Positions 39,879-50,089 are shown, counted from the whole stretch's first letter. The stretch is 63,498 nucleotides of DNA, filler included, from Ferroacidibacillus organovorans (GCF_001642725.1; 3 parts of 3 records of this genome joined end to end with filler, not necessarily neighbours in it); one strand, 5' to 3'. Translations and numbers: made by a program. The notes: generated by a model from the letters alone, not told the origin.

Positions 39879-40125
39879 CTAAAAGACAGGGGTTTGTCCT
39901 CCCGATGGCTTATTCCACAAACGCGCACAAATCCTGCACCCAGTCGGTCGCGTTCGTTGGCGCGAGAATGAACGTTTCAACTTCCCCGCGTTGACGTGAG
40001 TAATCATGCACGAGACCAGTTCGCTCGTCTTCGATGCGTTCATGCGCCCGATAGGCGGCTGCTGCCACGGCCGATCGACCCGCACTGCGCCTAATGATTT
40101 GCGCCGAAAGGTGATAAATCGTCAT
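39879..40125 (-). pseudogene. MobA/MobL (MOBQ) relaxase N-terminal fragment, frameshifted and truncated
   Basis: MTIYHLSAQIIRRSAGRSAVAAAAYRA...HDYS MOBQ motif I; RLWN continues in another frame, then is lost. Confidence 0.85.
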
Positions 40126-41542
40126 GGTGACATCGCCTCTTTTGCTCTATGGCTTGGGAGAGAAGAGTCAATAGTCGATGGATGATTTCCGCGTTACGTA
40201 CGTCGGACATTTCGTCGCAGAGTTCTAGAAATAATCGTCCAAGCGTGCGGGGATCCTGTTCGTTGCGCGTTTTGACAGCCAGGTAGATGTATCGTGCGAA
40301 GACGATGGATGTGTGCGCGATCATCGAATCGTAGGATCGCCCTTGTAACTCTTTGGCCAATCGTAGGTGAGACTTCACCATTTTGAAGAACACTTCAATA
40401 TCCCATCGCTTCCCGTATAGGCGCACCACCTCCTCGTCGGCCATGGTAGTATCGGTGCACAGCAACGCCAGCCACTGCTTGGATCGTTGACGGTCACGGA
40501 CGAAGACGATTTTGGCTTGTACCTCTTTGCCATTCTCATCGTTTCCGATTCCTACCACAACCGAGGCCAGGATCTTGGCACGTCCCCGGCGCTTGGTCAA
40601 CAACCCATACAACTGCGGCAGGGTCACTTTTTTTCCGTCGTAGAGATAATGAAGCGTTTTGAGTGCTTTGAGCATGCAAATGACGGTCATCTTGTGCTGG
40701 ACGGCTCGCAGGATCGTGGAAGGAAATGTGAACCAACTGTCAAACAACAGCACGCGTGTCTGGATGCCCATGGCTTGCGCCTGTTCCAAGAGTTCGAATA
40801 GCGTCACCGTCGCTTTGCTCATGCTCTCCCGTCGCCTGTGATACCCCGACGTTCTGCGATCCACACTCGGATTTGCCTCTTGTATGCGGTTTTCCACCTT
40901 TTCGGAGCTGAGCAACGAGAAGGCGAGAGGAACAAAGGAGTTGCCGTCTGACCAGCCTAGCGTCAACATGCGAAATCCCTTCACAAAACGATGGGCGGCA
41001 TGATCGAATACCCGAGCAGCAAGTTCCACCTTCTTGCTGCGGTTGCGGCTATACAGCGAGTCATCGACAATGAGGACATCGACGCGATCTTCGGAGGTCA
41101 AGGCTTTCATCCGAGCGATCACGGCCGAGCTCAGAAGCAGGAGAAAGCGCCGCGAATTAGGGGTGGACGCGATACACCGTGTCCTTTTTGAAACCGGCAT
41201 TGCGCTCCTTCTCCAGGTTCCAGGAAAGGTCACGTCCAAAGAAGACGAGGGCAAAGAGAAACTGAAACAGGCGGAGGGCAGGCACCCCTGCTTTCTTGGT
41301 GATCCGAGACTTCGAAAGAATCGAGGCAAGACGGTACTCGGAAAAGAAGGTCAAGGCGGATGCAGGGATTTGATTGGGAGATGGGTTTTCGCGTACCATG
41401 TAAGAAACACACTCACTTTCGGTAAATTGGTTGTCTCAGCAACACCATTTTACCAGAGTAGAGGGTGTTTTTCTTTTATATAACGACGCACATCCCAGAC
41501 AGGGCGCGGGATAACGCGCTATTTTCGGGTGTGAAACTTGAG
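40126..41542 (-). mobile_element. Defective IS4-family (DDE_Tnp_1) insertion sequence
   Basis: LIVDDS, LFDSWF, Y.KRW.IE.FFK..K signature; frameshift near 41160-41180; end-like CTCAAGTTTCACAC at 41542-41529; no second end seen. Confidence 0.8.
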
Positions 41543-41621
41543 TAATTTCATAATGGCGCTATAGCTTCTATATATGAAAGTTTCAGGTCTGTAATGTTAT
41601 TATGAGTATTAGGGGGATTGT

Positions 41622-41903
41622 ATGACACTTAAAAATACAGATCACAGATCGATTATAATTATTCAATTTACCGCATATTTAATATTTAGTTATATTGTTG
41701 GGGGAATAAACCAGGTTAGAAATATCTATTTTGCAGTTGTGTTGATACCCGTTTTGGTTCCTGTTATTTTTACAACTGTCTACTTTTATGCGTCGGGATA
41801 CATTACAAAGATTGCATTTTCCGTTCTATGTGTCATTACAACAATTGCTCTGGTCTATTTCGATCTTTGGGTAGCGCCAATATGGTTTCGTGTCATGGTC
41901 TAA
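41622..41903 (+). CDS. AT-rich small membrane protein, hypothetical
   Basis: 93 aa, three hydrophobic stretches, AGGGGGA RBS. Confidence 0.55.
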   Translation: MTLKNTDHRSIIIIQFTAYLIFSYIVGGINQVRNIYFAVVLIPVLVPVIFTTVYFYASGYITKIAFSVLCVITTIALVYFDLWVAPIWFRVMV

Positions 41904-41959
41904 TTTTGGCCACGCCTCCGTTTAGTGTGGTGCTGTATGTGCAGCGTCACTCCAAGTAC

Positions 41960-41994
41960 ATGAGACCTCGCTTGTCGTCCAAGCGAGGTCTCAT
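41960..41994. terminator. Perfect 15-bp hairpin between convergent genes
   Basis: atgagacctcgcttg-tcgtc-caagcgaggtctcat. Confidence 0.7.
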
Positions 41995-42007
41995 CGTATC
42001 TGCAAAC

Positions 42008-43126
42008 CTACTTCCACACATCCTCTGCGATTTTGACCACGTGCCGCAGTTTTGCCCACTGCTGCTCCTCGCTGAGCAGGTTGCCTTCTTCCGTCGAGGC
42101 AAACCCGCACTGGGGGCTGAGGCACAGTTGGTTCATCGGCACGTAGCGCGCAGCTTCGTCGATGCGCCGCTTGATCGTGTCAGGGTCTTCAAGCTCTCCG
42201 AATTTCGATGTGACAAGACCCAACACCATGCGCAGATCAGGCCGCTTCACAAAGCGCAATGGCTCAAAACCGCCTGCTCGCTCGCTGTCATACTCAAGAA
42301 AGAAGCCGTCGATGTTCAGCCCGCCAAAGAGCATCTCGGCGACCGGCTCGTACCCGCCTGAGGCGATCCACGTCGAGCGGAAGTTGCCGCGGCAGATGTG
42401 CATCGTGATCGTGAGATCATCTGGGCGATCCGCAACCGCCGCATTGATCGTCTGCGCATAAAGGCGCTTCAATTGCTCGGGGTCCTGTCCCTTCGTGCGG
42501 AGCTCTGCCACTTGTTCAGTCGAACAGAAATAGGCCCACGAGGTGTCATCCAACTGTAGATAGCGGCAACCTGCATCGTAAAATGCGCGAATCGCCTGCT
42601 TGTAAGCCTGCGCGAGATCGTGGAAAAACAGCGCAGTGTCATCATAGGCGGGATGGTCGATCGTGCCGCGAAAATGCAGCATGCTCGGACTGGGGATGGT
42701 CATCTTCGCGGTGGCATCCCCGGTGAGACTCTTTAAAAACGCAAAGTGTTCGAGCATCGGATGGTGGGTGAACCCCAATTTTCCAGTTACGCGAATGCCG
42801 CGCGAACCCGTTTGCACCTGATGAAACTGGATGCCGTGGTCTGCCTCAAACGGTTCAACGCCGTCCAACCCCTCAAGAAAATCAAAGTGCCACCAGGCGC
42901 GGCGAAACTCGCCGTCTGTGACGCTCTGCAGCCCGATCTCCTTTTGAATCGCAACGATGCGCTGAATCTCTTCATCTTCGATCTGACGCAGCTGATCTGC
43001 AGACATCACGCCTGTGGCCTTCATGGCGCGCGCCTGTTTCAGCCGCTCTGGGCGCAGCAGGCTGCCGACCTGATCGGCGCGAAAAGGGGGTGACAGGCGC
43101 TCTGATGCGTGTGATGATAGGGTCAT
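42008..43126 (-). CDS. Cobalamin-independent methionine synthase-like protein (YxjG/YxjH type)
   Basis: RADQVGSLLRP, TDGEFRR, YLQLDD, HICRGN, LEYD, SPQCGFAS. Confidence 0.92.
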   Translation of the reverse strand: MTLSSHASERLSPPFRADQVGSLLRPERLKQARAMKATGVMSADQLRQIEDEEIQRIVAIQKEIGLQSVTDGEFRRAWWHFDFLEGLDGVEPFEADHGIQFHQVQTGSRGIRVTGKLGFTHHPMLEHFAFLKSLTGDATAKMTIPSPSMLHFRGTIDHPAYDDTALFFHDLAQAYKQAIRAFYDAGCRYLQLDDTSWAYFCSTEQVAELRTKGQDPEQLKRLYAQTINAAVADRPDDLTITMHICRGNFRSTWIASGGYEPVAEMLFGGLNIDGFFLEYDSERAGGFEPLRFVKRPDLRMVLGLVTSKFGELEDPDTIKRRIDEAARYVPMNQLCLSPQCGFASTEEGNLLSEEQQWAKLRHVVKIAEDVWK

Positions 43127-43259
43127 AGAAAATCGCCTTCTTTCTCGTCAACGTGATGCGCGACAGAGCAACTGTCTGCGCTTTCTATGGTTGACGATAC
43201 ATGAAGATGCATTTTGAGACAAATGGGAAGGATTTTGAAAGGTGAAGGAGTGAAATCGC

Positions 43260-43907
43260 GTGCGAGTCATCGCGATCCAGCAAGGCCGTGTGCAGAGCAG
43301 GCGGCGATTGTTCGACGGTAGTGTGTTTGAAAGCGCGTATGAAAAGCTGCCTGCAGCGGGTCCTGTGCGAATCAGTGACACGGGGGTGGGGTATGACGCG
43401 CAGGGTGATCTCGTGCGGCACGGCGGGCCGGATCGTGCAACGCTGATGTACGCGAGCGCTCACTATGACCGTTTTGAAGAAGAGTATGGCATGCGCTTGC
43501 CGTACGGGTCATTCGCTGAAAACCTGACCGTGAGCGGGATTGACGAAGTGACCGTCGCGATTGGCGACGTGTTTCGCGTGGGAGAGGCGCTTCTCGAAGT
43601 CTCTGAACCGCGCATCCCGTGTTGGAAAATCACGGAGCATACAGGTGTAAAGACGCTGTCGGAGCGCGTTCAACAAACGGGGCGCATCGGCTTTTTCCTG
43701 CGCACGTTGCGCGCCGGCGAAGTGCAGACAAACGATCCCCTTGTGCGCATCGACCGCCCGCATGACGAATTCATCGTAAGCGACGTGTATCGCCTGCTCA
43801 TTCGTCCGCGGCTTACGCAGGAAGAGGCACACTGGCTGCTTGCGTGTACAAAGCTGTCGCGCAAACACCGTGAGCGCATCGCGCAAAAGTGGGCGATTGA
43901 CGCGTGA
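43260..43907 (+). CDS. MOSC-domain protein (YiiM-like)
   Basis: D.QGD..HGG.DRA, GSFAENLT, EVSEPRIPCWK, G.F.R.L..G. Confidence 0.88.
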   Translation: MRVIAIQQGRVQSRRRLFDGSVFESAYEKLPAAGPVRISDTGVGYDAQGDLVRHGGPDRATLMYASAHYDRFEEEYGMRLPYGSFAENLTVSGIDEVTVAIGDVFRVGEALLEVSEPRIPCWKITEHTGVKTLSERVQQTGRIGFFLRTLRAGEVQTNDPLVRIDRPHDEFIVSDVYRLLIRPRLTQEEAHWLLACTKLSRKHRERIAQKWAIDA

Positions 43908-43981
43908 CTGCGCGCGGTTTTAGCGGAGATGGCGCCGTGCCAGCGTGTCGAGGTCGATCCATTTTGGCATGCACTGACATA

Positions 43982-44158
43982 TCATTTCTGTGGGGTTGAG
44001 GATGGCCGAAAGCGCAGAGTTTCCCCTGAGAGCATGAGCCGCACCGCTTCGATTACTGTGGTGTCGCCGATGACCTGGAGCGTGTCGAATCGCTCAAGGC
44101 GGGTGGTTCCGCGCGGAACGAGTACCTCTTCATTGCGCTTGACCGAGACGATCAGCAC
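43982..44158 (-). CDS. C-terminal RCK/TrkA-C domain of a transporter (partial at contig edge)
   Basis: Minus strand VLIVSVKRNEEVLVPRGTTRLERFDTLQVIG...*. Confidence 0.7.
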   Translation of the reverse strand: MLIVSVKRNEEVLVPRGTTRLERFDTLQVIGDTTVIEAVRLMLSGETLRFRPSSTPQK

Positions 44159-44258
44159 NNNNNNNNNNNNNNNNNNNNNNNNNNNNNNNNNNNNNNNNNN
44201 NNTTAATTAATTAANNNNNNNNNNNNNNNNNNNNNNNNNNNNNNNNNNNNNNNNNNNN
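44159..44258. other. Artificial contig spacer
   Basis: N run containing TTAATTAATTAA. Confidence 0.99.
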
Positions 44259-44317
44259 AATGGAATTCATGAGGCGATTATCTCAAGAGATCGCACGCGT
44301 CGATAGGTGGTACAAGT

Positions 44318-45091
44318 TTGACGCTTACTATGGATGTGATTTCTGAAACCATTGATCGCGTAGATGCAGACACACGCAATCGACAATTTTCTGCGAAACT
44401 TCACAGTATTATTGCGACCAGCCTCATTAGTCATGGCGTGGACTTGGAAAGAATCAATGCGTTTTTTATGGCGGGTATGCCATCCAAACAGTCAGAGTAC
44501 ATTCAGGCGAGTAGTCGGTCCGCACGCTCTCACGCTGGAATGGTTTTTTGTGTTTTCCGACCAAACGATTTGCGGGAAAGGTCACAATACCAATACTTCA
44601 TCCAGAATCACACTTTCTTGAATCATTTGGTTGATCCTGTTCCCATAAATAGACTGACATCCAAAGTCATTGAGCGTACCGTGCCTGGACTGCTTGCAGG
44701 TTTGCTGCTGTGTGTGCATTCACAACGATTCTCATCAACGATATATAACTGCAAGGCGTACAGGGACTACTGTGCGGACATGACGACGAAAGGCATTGAT
44801 GTCCGGAGGGAACTCATCGGCCAACTTCAACGAATGGTTGGTGTGGATTGGAACTACTTCCCCCTTGTTGCAAGGCAGAAAGCGGATGCCGTCATAAATA
44901 GCCAATTTGATTACTGTGAACATCTTCTACAGTCAAGTGCTGGGGAGTTGAAAATTAAGGACGAAAGAGTTCTGAACCCATTGACCAGTTTTCGCGATAT
45001 CGAGGAGGGAATCCCTCTTATGCCTGCCACTGAGACAGGATGGATTTTTGCAAGTGTTGAGACCAGTTTCCACCAATCACAAGGGAAGTGA
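44318..45091 (+). CDS. DrmA-like SF2 helicase, C-terminal part only
   Basis: IATSLISHGVD (motif V), GMP...EYIQASSRSAR (motif VI), RE.SQY..F...H; N-terminal ATPase domain absent. Confidence 0.75.
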   Translation: MTLTMDVISETIDRVDADTRNRQFSAKLHSIIATSLISHGVDLERINAFFMAGMPSKQSEYIQASSRSARSHAGMVFCVFRPNDLRERSQYQYFIQNHTFLNHLVDPVPINRLTSKVIERTVPGLLAGLLLCVHSQRFSSTIYNCKAYRDYCADMTTKGIDVRRELIGQLQRMVGVDWNYFPLVARQKADAVINSQFDYCEHLLQSSAGELKIKDERVLNPLTSFRDIEEGIPLMPATETGWIFASVETSFHQSQGK

Positions 45092-47016
45092 AGTTGATGA
45101 CTGAACTAAATGAACGTCGAGCCAGAAGTCAGGTCTTCTTCAAATACTTGCCTGGCTCTGTATTTTACGCGAATCGATTTTGGCGGAAGGTAGATGAACT
45201 GGATTTAAGGGAATTTACGCAGTCACGTGAATATTTGGTAAATGAAGTGCTGCAGTTTAAAAACAATTGGTCGGCGAACAGTCAACTATCGGTCGATGTA
45301 TATCCAGATCGATCAGACAGCTTTTTCTTTGGCGAGGTAACTCGTGTTACGTACAGTCTTTTTCCGCTTGTATTCTACTGTAACAAATGTTCAAACACAC
45401 ATTCCTATAGAACCCTTAATGAAATTCGTGTATCTAACCCTAAACTGAACTGTCAGTATTGCAAACAGGGTAGGCTACAACAATATCCATATGCGTTAAT
45501 TCACCAGAATGGTGACATTCAACCCTTGCGAGTCAAGTTATTAAGTGGGAGTGATTGGAGTAGTCAACATAACGGCCTTAAGATGAATGATACGAGGCGA
45601 TTCACCACAGCTACTTGGGTTGACTATAAGCGGCGCATCTCTTTGGGGTCACTTGGAACGCGAGCGACGACACTGCCAAGAGTTCCGGGTTCAAAGGCGT
45701 TTCTTTCCGGAACAAATCTTGGCGATGGCGACGTGCATTATCCTGTGATTAAGTCCTTTGTGAATCTTCAAAATGATATTTTAGAAAAGCGTAAACAACA
45801 AGATGAATTTCCTCAAATTCAACTAGCGGCACTACTTCAACTTGAATCATTAGATATTGAACACTTTTCTCGTAACTTTGAAAAGGGAACTGAGAAGGAT
45901 GTCTTAAGCGACATTATGAAGTTGGCGAAAGACTCTGACCGCGAAGTGCTGCTTAGATTACTGGGGGAGAAAGGAATTAAGCTGGATGCGGACAGCAATG
46001 GGATCGAGGATGAGGTAAACGCCCTGTTTGGAGGGAACGCACCGCGCGAGAGAGTGATGTCGGACAGGTCATTGCACGAGTTTGTCTTCACTTGGTACGA
46101 AAACAATGGACTTAGCTTAGCGAGTAGTATGCACGAGGCGCAACAGGAACATGACGCGGTACGCGAGGCTCAAGTCGCGAGGGCCCAAACAGAGGCCCAA
46201 AATCTTGGGGTTTCCTCATTAATGCTGGTGGAGAAACTTCCTGTCTTGACGTTGGGATTGGGATTTACTCGCAAGACGTACGACCGTGAAGAAGCGATAT
46301 TAAATCCATTCCGGCAGCGCATTGATGGAAAAGAACGAGTCGTAATTCCAGTGTTGAAGAATGAAAATGAAGCAATTGTTTTCAAACTCGATCCGCAGCG
46401 TATTTTGGCATGGCTGCATGTGAACGGCACTACAAATCCCCCGATCTTGACAGCAAGCACACAACAGGGGGCGCACGCTTATTTATATGAACGATTTGTT
46501 TATTCTTCCGTTCCAGATGACGAAATCTCAAGGATCGTCTTAAGAGACTGTATAGGCAGCGAGAACTATTTGATTTCTGTAATGTCGTTTCGACTTTTAC
46601 ACACAATTCTACATTTGTTGTTACAGGCAGGGAAATCAGTATTGGGACTAGACATCGACAGCATTTCGGAATATCTCTTTCCCAGTGCGTTATCGGGGGC
46701 GATATACGTCTCTAAATTACAAGGAGGCGGAATGGGCGCACTCGTTTCAGCATTTGAAAGCGACCTATCTAGGTGGCTCCGAAATGCTTACGATAAGTCT
46801 CAGTCATGTTTATATGATCCAGTGTGTCACGAGCACGGCGGGGCGTGCCATGCCTGTCAATACGTGAAATTTTCGTGTAGATACTTCAATCATGGTTTGA
46901 GCAGGAACTTGTTGACCGGCGGCATAATCCCTGACTATGATAAGTACCACACGTTCATAGGCTATTATTCTTCGAAGGTAGATGAGGTAATTTCGCAGTG
47001 GACAAACAAGCTGTGA
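45088..47016 (+). CDS. DrmB-like DUF1998 zinc-binding protein
   Basis: N-terminal R.SQ..F..LPG, CxxC pairs, LLHT..HLL, C-terminal CLYDPVC...GACHAC....SC..FN..LSR. Confidence 0.8.
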   Translation: MKLMTELNERRARSQVFFKYLPGSVFYANRFWRKVDELDLREFTQSREYLVNEVLQFKNNWSANSQLSVDVYPDRSDSFFFGEVTRVTYSLFPLVFYCNKCSNTHSYRTLNEIRVSNPKLNCQYCKQGRLQQYPYALIHQNGDIQPLRVKLLSGSDWSSQHNGLKMNDTRRFTTATWVDYKRRISLGSLGTRATTLPRVPGSKAFLSGTNLGDGDVHYPVIKSFVNLQNDILEKRKQQDEFPQIQLAALLQLESLDIEHFSRNFEKGTEKDVLSDIMKLAKDSDREVLLRLLGEKGIKLDADSNGIEDEVNALFGGNAPRERVMSDRSLHEFVFTWYENNGLSLASSMHEAQQEHDAVREAQVARAQTEAQNLGVSSLMLVEKLPVLTLGLGFTRKTYDREEAILNPFRQRIDGKERVVIPVLKNENEAIVFKLDPQRILAWLHVNGTTNPPILTASTQQGAHAYLYERFVYSSVPDDEISRIVLRDCIGSENYLISVMSFRLLHTILHLLLQAGKSVLGLDIDSISEYLFPSALSGAIYVSKLQGGGMGALVSAFESDLSRWLRNAYDKSQSCLYDPVCHEHGGACHACQYVKFSCRYFNHGLSRNLLTGGIIPDYDKYHTFIGYYSSKVDEVISQWTNKL

Positions 47017-47861
47017 ATGTTGTAAGGATAGTACAGCTCGCCCAAAAGTATCGGGTTGAAAGTCATATTATGCGTTGGGCGGGCATCCTCCGCTTTTTTG
47101 CTTACGCATTTCCGGATGGGTTCACTATAAATGACTGGAATAATTTTGGGATGGAAACTGTGGATAAGGACATTATCCACGGATTTCTGCATGTTCTCGT
47201 GGATACTGATTTTATCACCGAGCTACAATTGGTCTACAAGGTAGTTCATGATAACGAACTTCAGAGGTTGCTCGAACTTGCCGACGTGGTTCTTCGTACC
47301 CAAAAGACATTGTACAAAGTACCAGAGAGTCGTATGTTGTGGTCAATTCCAATCGGGACAGATGTGCCAACAAACATTGTATCGTCGTTTCACTACATTA
47401 ATTCTTGGATAATCGAGACCGCTCAACGAGCAACGCGCCGTCTTTTAATTGTGTCACCTTACTACACGGAATCGGGAATGAAAGTGTTGGAGCCAACGAT
47501 GCTAGCTTTGCTGAGGAATCGTCCGAATGTATCAATGGAGTTTGTGGTGAGTGACGTGGCACAAGAGGCGAATGCAAAGGCATTCCGTTACCTTCTGGAT
47601 TTCGTTGGTCATTTGCACCAAAAACAAATCCGAGTTTATCAACCGTCAAGTGTGACGAATGAGAGCTTATGGTTTCATGCAAAATTCTTGGTGGCGGATG
47701 GAGAGAGCGGCTATTTGGGGTCGGCAAATTTCTCGAAACGAGCCCTTGACGACCAATTTGAATTGGGAGTGTCCTTAAGCAGGAGCCAGGCGGAAACCTT
47801 GGAAAGACTAGTTGATTACTGGATACAATGTGGGAGTCTTGTCCAGTGCGGATTCCTATAA
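46998..47861 (+). CDS. DrmC-like phospholipase D-family nuclease
   Basis: LIVSPY, single HAKFLVAD..GYLGSANFS..ELGV motif. Confidence 0.85.
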   Translation: MDKQAVNVVRIVQLAQKYRVESHIMRWAGILRFFAYAFPDGFTINDWNNFGMETVDKDIIHGFLHVLVDTDFITELQLVYKVVHDNELQRLLELADVVLRTQKTLYKVPESRMLWSIPIGTDVPTNIVSSFHYINSWIIETAQRATRRLLIVSPYYTESGMKVLEPTMLALLRNRPNVSMEFVVSDVAQEANAKAFRYLLDFVGHLHQKQIRVYQPSSVTNESLWFHAKFLVADGESGYLGSANFSKRALDDQFELGVSLSRSQAETLERLVDYWIQCGSLVQCGFL

Positions 47862-47960
47862 TTACCACATGAGCCTAGGGGTTGATGTTTCCGCACACCA
47901 TGAGATGCTGTCGTGCTATAATGACGCACAGCTGGTGTTTACAGTATTTCGAGGAGAATC

Positions 47961-48929
47961 GTGATGGCGTACCCTTTACATAGTGAGTTTCCACCGATCT
48001 ATACAACGACATATGGACAAGCATACTGTTGTGATTCGGCAACATTCCTTAAGACTCTTCCGTCCGAATCGATTGATTTAATTGTGACTTCTCCGCCGTT
48101 TGCACTGATTAAGAAAAAAAGCTATGGCAACGAGTCAACTGCCCAGTATGTGGATTGGTTCATCAATAATTTTGCTGAAGAACTTATGCGAGTACTCAAA
48201 CCGGAGGGCAGTTTGGTCATCGATATAGGCGGGACTTGGAATAAGGGGGCACCAACAAGATCCTTATACCACTTTCAACTCCTAATTCGATTATGCGAGG
48301 ATATTGGCTTCCATCTGGCCCAAGAGTTTTATTGGTACAATCCGGCGAAAATGCCTAGTCCGGCCCAATGGGTGACGATCGAGCGCATTCGTGTGAAAGA
48401 TGCTGTAAACGTTGTATGGTGGTTATCTAAGTCTGAACGTCCTAAAGCAAATAATAAACGAATACTGACACCCTATAAGAAGAGCATGAAGCAACTCTTG
48501 AAATCTGGCTACAATGATGGACCCCGACCGTCAGGACACAATGTGTCGAAAAAGTGGGGAATTGACAACGGGGGTGCCATACCACCGAACTTGTTGAATT
48601 ATCATGACGTCGATTTATCCCTAGTGGATAATTTGCTCGAGATCGCGAATACGCGCTCGTCTGATCGATATTTGTCCGCTTGTCGAACCCTTGGAGTAAA
48701 GGCACACCCGGCGAGGTTCCCGCGACAGTTGCCTCAGTTCTTTATCGAATTTCTTACTGACCCTGGCGATCTTGTGTATGATCCATTTGGCGGTAGCTGT
48801 GTGACAGGAGAGGTTGCGGAAGAGCTTGAACGCCGTTGGATTACATCGGAAATTGACCCGTCATACGTGTTATCGTCAAAGTATCGTTTTTTTGATTTAG
48901 AGAGCAGCCCCGAAGACGAAGAAGACTAA
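47961..48929 (+). CDS. Beta-class N4-cytosine DNA methyltransferase, M.PvuII-like
   Basis: TSPPF catalytic motif before DPFGGS; KKSYGN, NPAKMPSP, IRVKDAVN, RPSGH, DNGGAIPPNLL, AHPARFP all recall M.PvuII; upstream TGcTATAAT. Confidence 0.88.
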   Translation: MMAYPLHSEFPPIYTTTYGQAYCCDSATFLKTLPSESIDLIVTSPPFALIKKKSYGNESTAQYVDWFINNFAEELMRVLKPEGSLVIDIGGTWNKGAPTRSLYHFQLLIRLCEDIGFHLAQEFYWYNPAKMPSPAQWVTIERIRVKDAVNVVWWLSKSERPKANNKRILTPYKKSMKQLLKSGYNDGPRPSGHNVSKKWGIDNGGAIPPNLLNYHDVDLSLVDNLLEIANTRSSDRYLSACRTLGVKAHPARFPRQLPQFFIEFLTDPGDLVYDPFGGSCVTGEVAEELERRWITSEIDPSYVLSSKYRFFDLESSPEDEED

Positions 48930-49120
48930 TCACCTTTTGCCTTAGGATTCACTGTTGTTTTATTTACTTCAATATTCGACAATCGGGATACCACGTCATT
49001 TTGCACATTTCCTTTTGGGAACAGCATTCGGTATCTCTGTGTCAACAACCATAATCTATTGATGAGTGCAGGCTATCATCGCTATACTATGAGTTAAAGA
49101 GCCAAACGAAACGTAGGGGA

Positions 49121-50089
49121 TTGATTATGTTTACATCACTTGAAATCTGCGCGGGTGCTGGTGGACAGGCCATGGGTCTTGAACGGGCTGGGTGGAATCA
49201 TGTTGGCCTGGTTGAGATAGAAGCTGCCGCATGTGCGACGCTCAGCCTGAACCGCCCTCATTGGAACGTCATAGAAGGAGATCTATTTGAGTTTTCCGGC
49301 AAGGACTATAAAGGGATCGATTTGTTAGCAGGTGGTGTGCCATGCCCGCCGTTTTCGAAGGCAGGCAAGCAGCTTGGACATGCCGACGAGCGTGATTTGT
49401 TTCCTGAAGCGATCCGGCTGGTTGACGAAATTCGTCCCAAGGCAGTTATGCTCGAGAATGTCCGTGGGCTTTTGGATGCGGTTTTTGATGATTATAGAAA
49501 AGACATTTTGGATGATTTGCGCAAACTGGGATACGAGGCCGAGTGGCGCCTTTTGAACGCATCGGATTTCGGAGTACCCCAATTGCGCCCGCGTGTAATA
49601 TTTGTAGCAATCCGAAAGGATTTGGCTGGAGAATTCGAGTGGCCTCAACCACTTGGCATTCGACCGCCAACCGTCGGAGAGGCACTGCACGACCTGATGG
49701 CCGAACGTGGCTGGCGTATTGCTCATCGCTGGAAAGAGTGGGCGAATGACATTGCTCCCACTTTAGTCGGCGGTTCCAAGAAGCACGGAGGCCCTGACTT
49801 GGGGCCCACACGCGCCAAGCGAGCATGGGCAACACTTGGGGTGGATGGGCATGGAATCGCAGATAGCGCACCTGAACCCGAGTTCATTGGTTTGCCACGG
49901 CTCACTACACGGATGGCTGCACGCATTCAAGGATTCTCTGATGAATGGCAGTTCTCAGGACGGAAGACCTCTACGTATCGGCAAATCGGAAATGCATTTC
50001 CACCTCCGGTTGCAGAGGCGGTGGGGAAACAGATTTTGCAGTGCCTGAAGGCCAGTACAGGTTCTGGTCTCGTAAAGGTGGTCGGGTGA
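49121..50089 (+). CDS. C5-cytosine DNA methyltransferase (M.NgoMIV/M.NaeI-like, predicted GCCGGC)
   Basis: CAGAGG, GGVPCPPFS, ENV, QLRPR, TRD GGSKKHGGPDLGPTRA, QIGNA. Confidence 0.92.
   Translation: MIMFTSLEICAGAGGQAMGLERAGWNHVGLVEIEAAACATLSLNRPHWNVIEGDLFEFSGKDYKGIDLLAGGVPCPPFSKAGKQLGHADERDLFPEAIRLVDEIRPKAVMLENVRGLLDAVFDDYRKDILDDLRKLGYEAEWRLLNASDFGVPQLRPRVIFVAIRKDLAGEFEWPQPLGIRPPTVGEALHDLMAERGWRIAHRWKEWANDIAPTLVGGSKKHGGPDLGPTRAKRAWATLGVDGHGIADSAPEPEFIGLPRLTTRMAARIQGFSDEWQFSGRKTSTYRQIGNAFPPPVAEAVGKQILQCLKASTGSGLVKVVG

Noticed and set aside
43127..43259. SAM (S-box) riboswitch upstream of the methionine synthase-like gene
   Set aside because: Conserved S-box motifs are not present in the leader.
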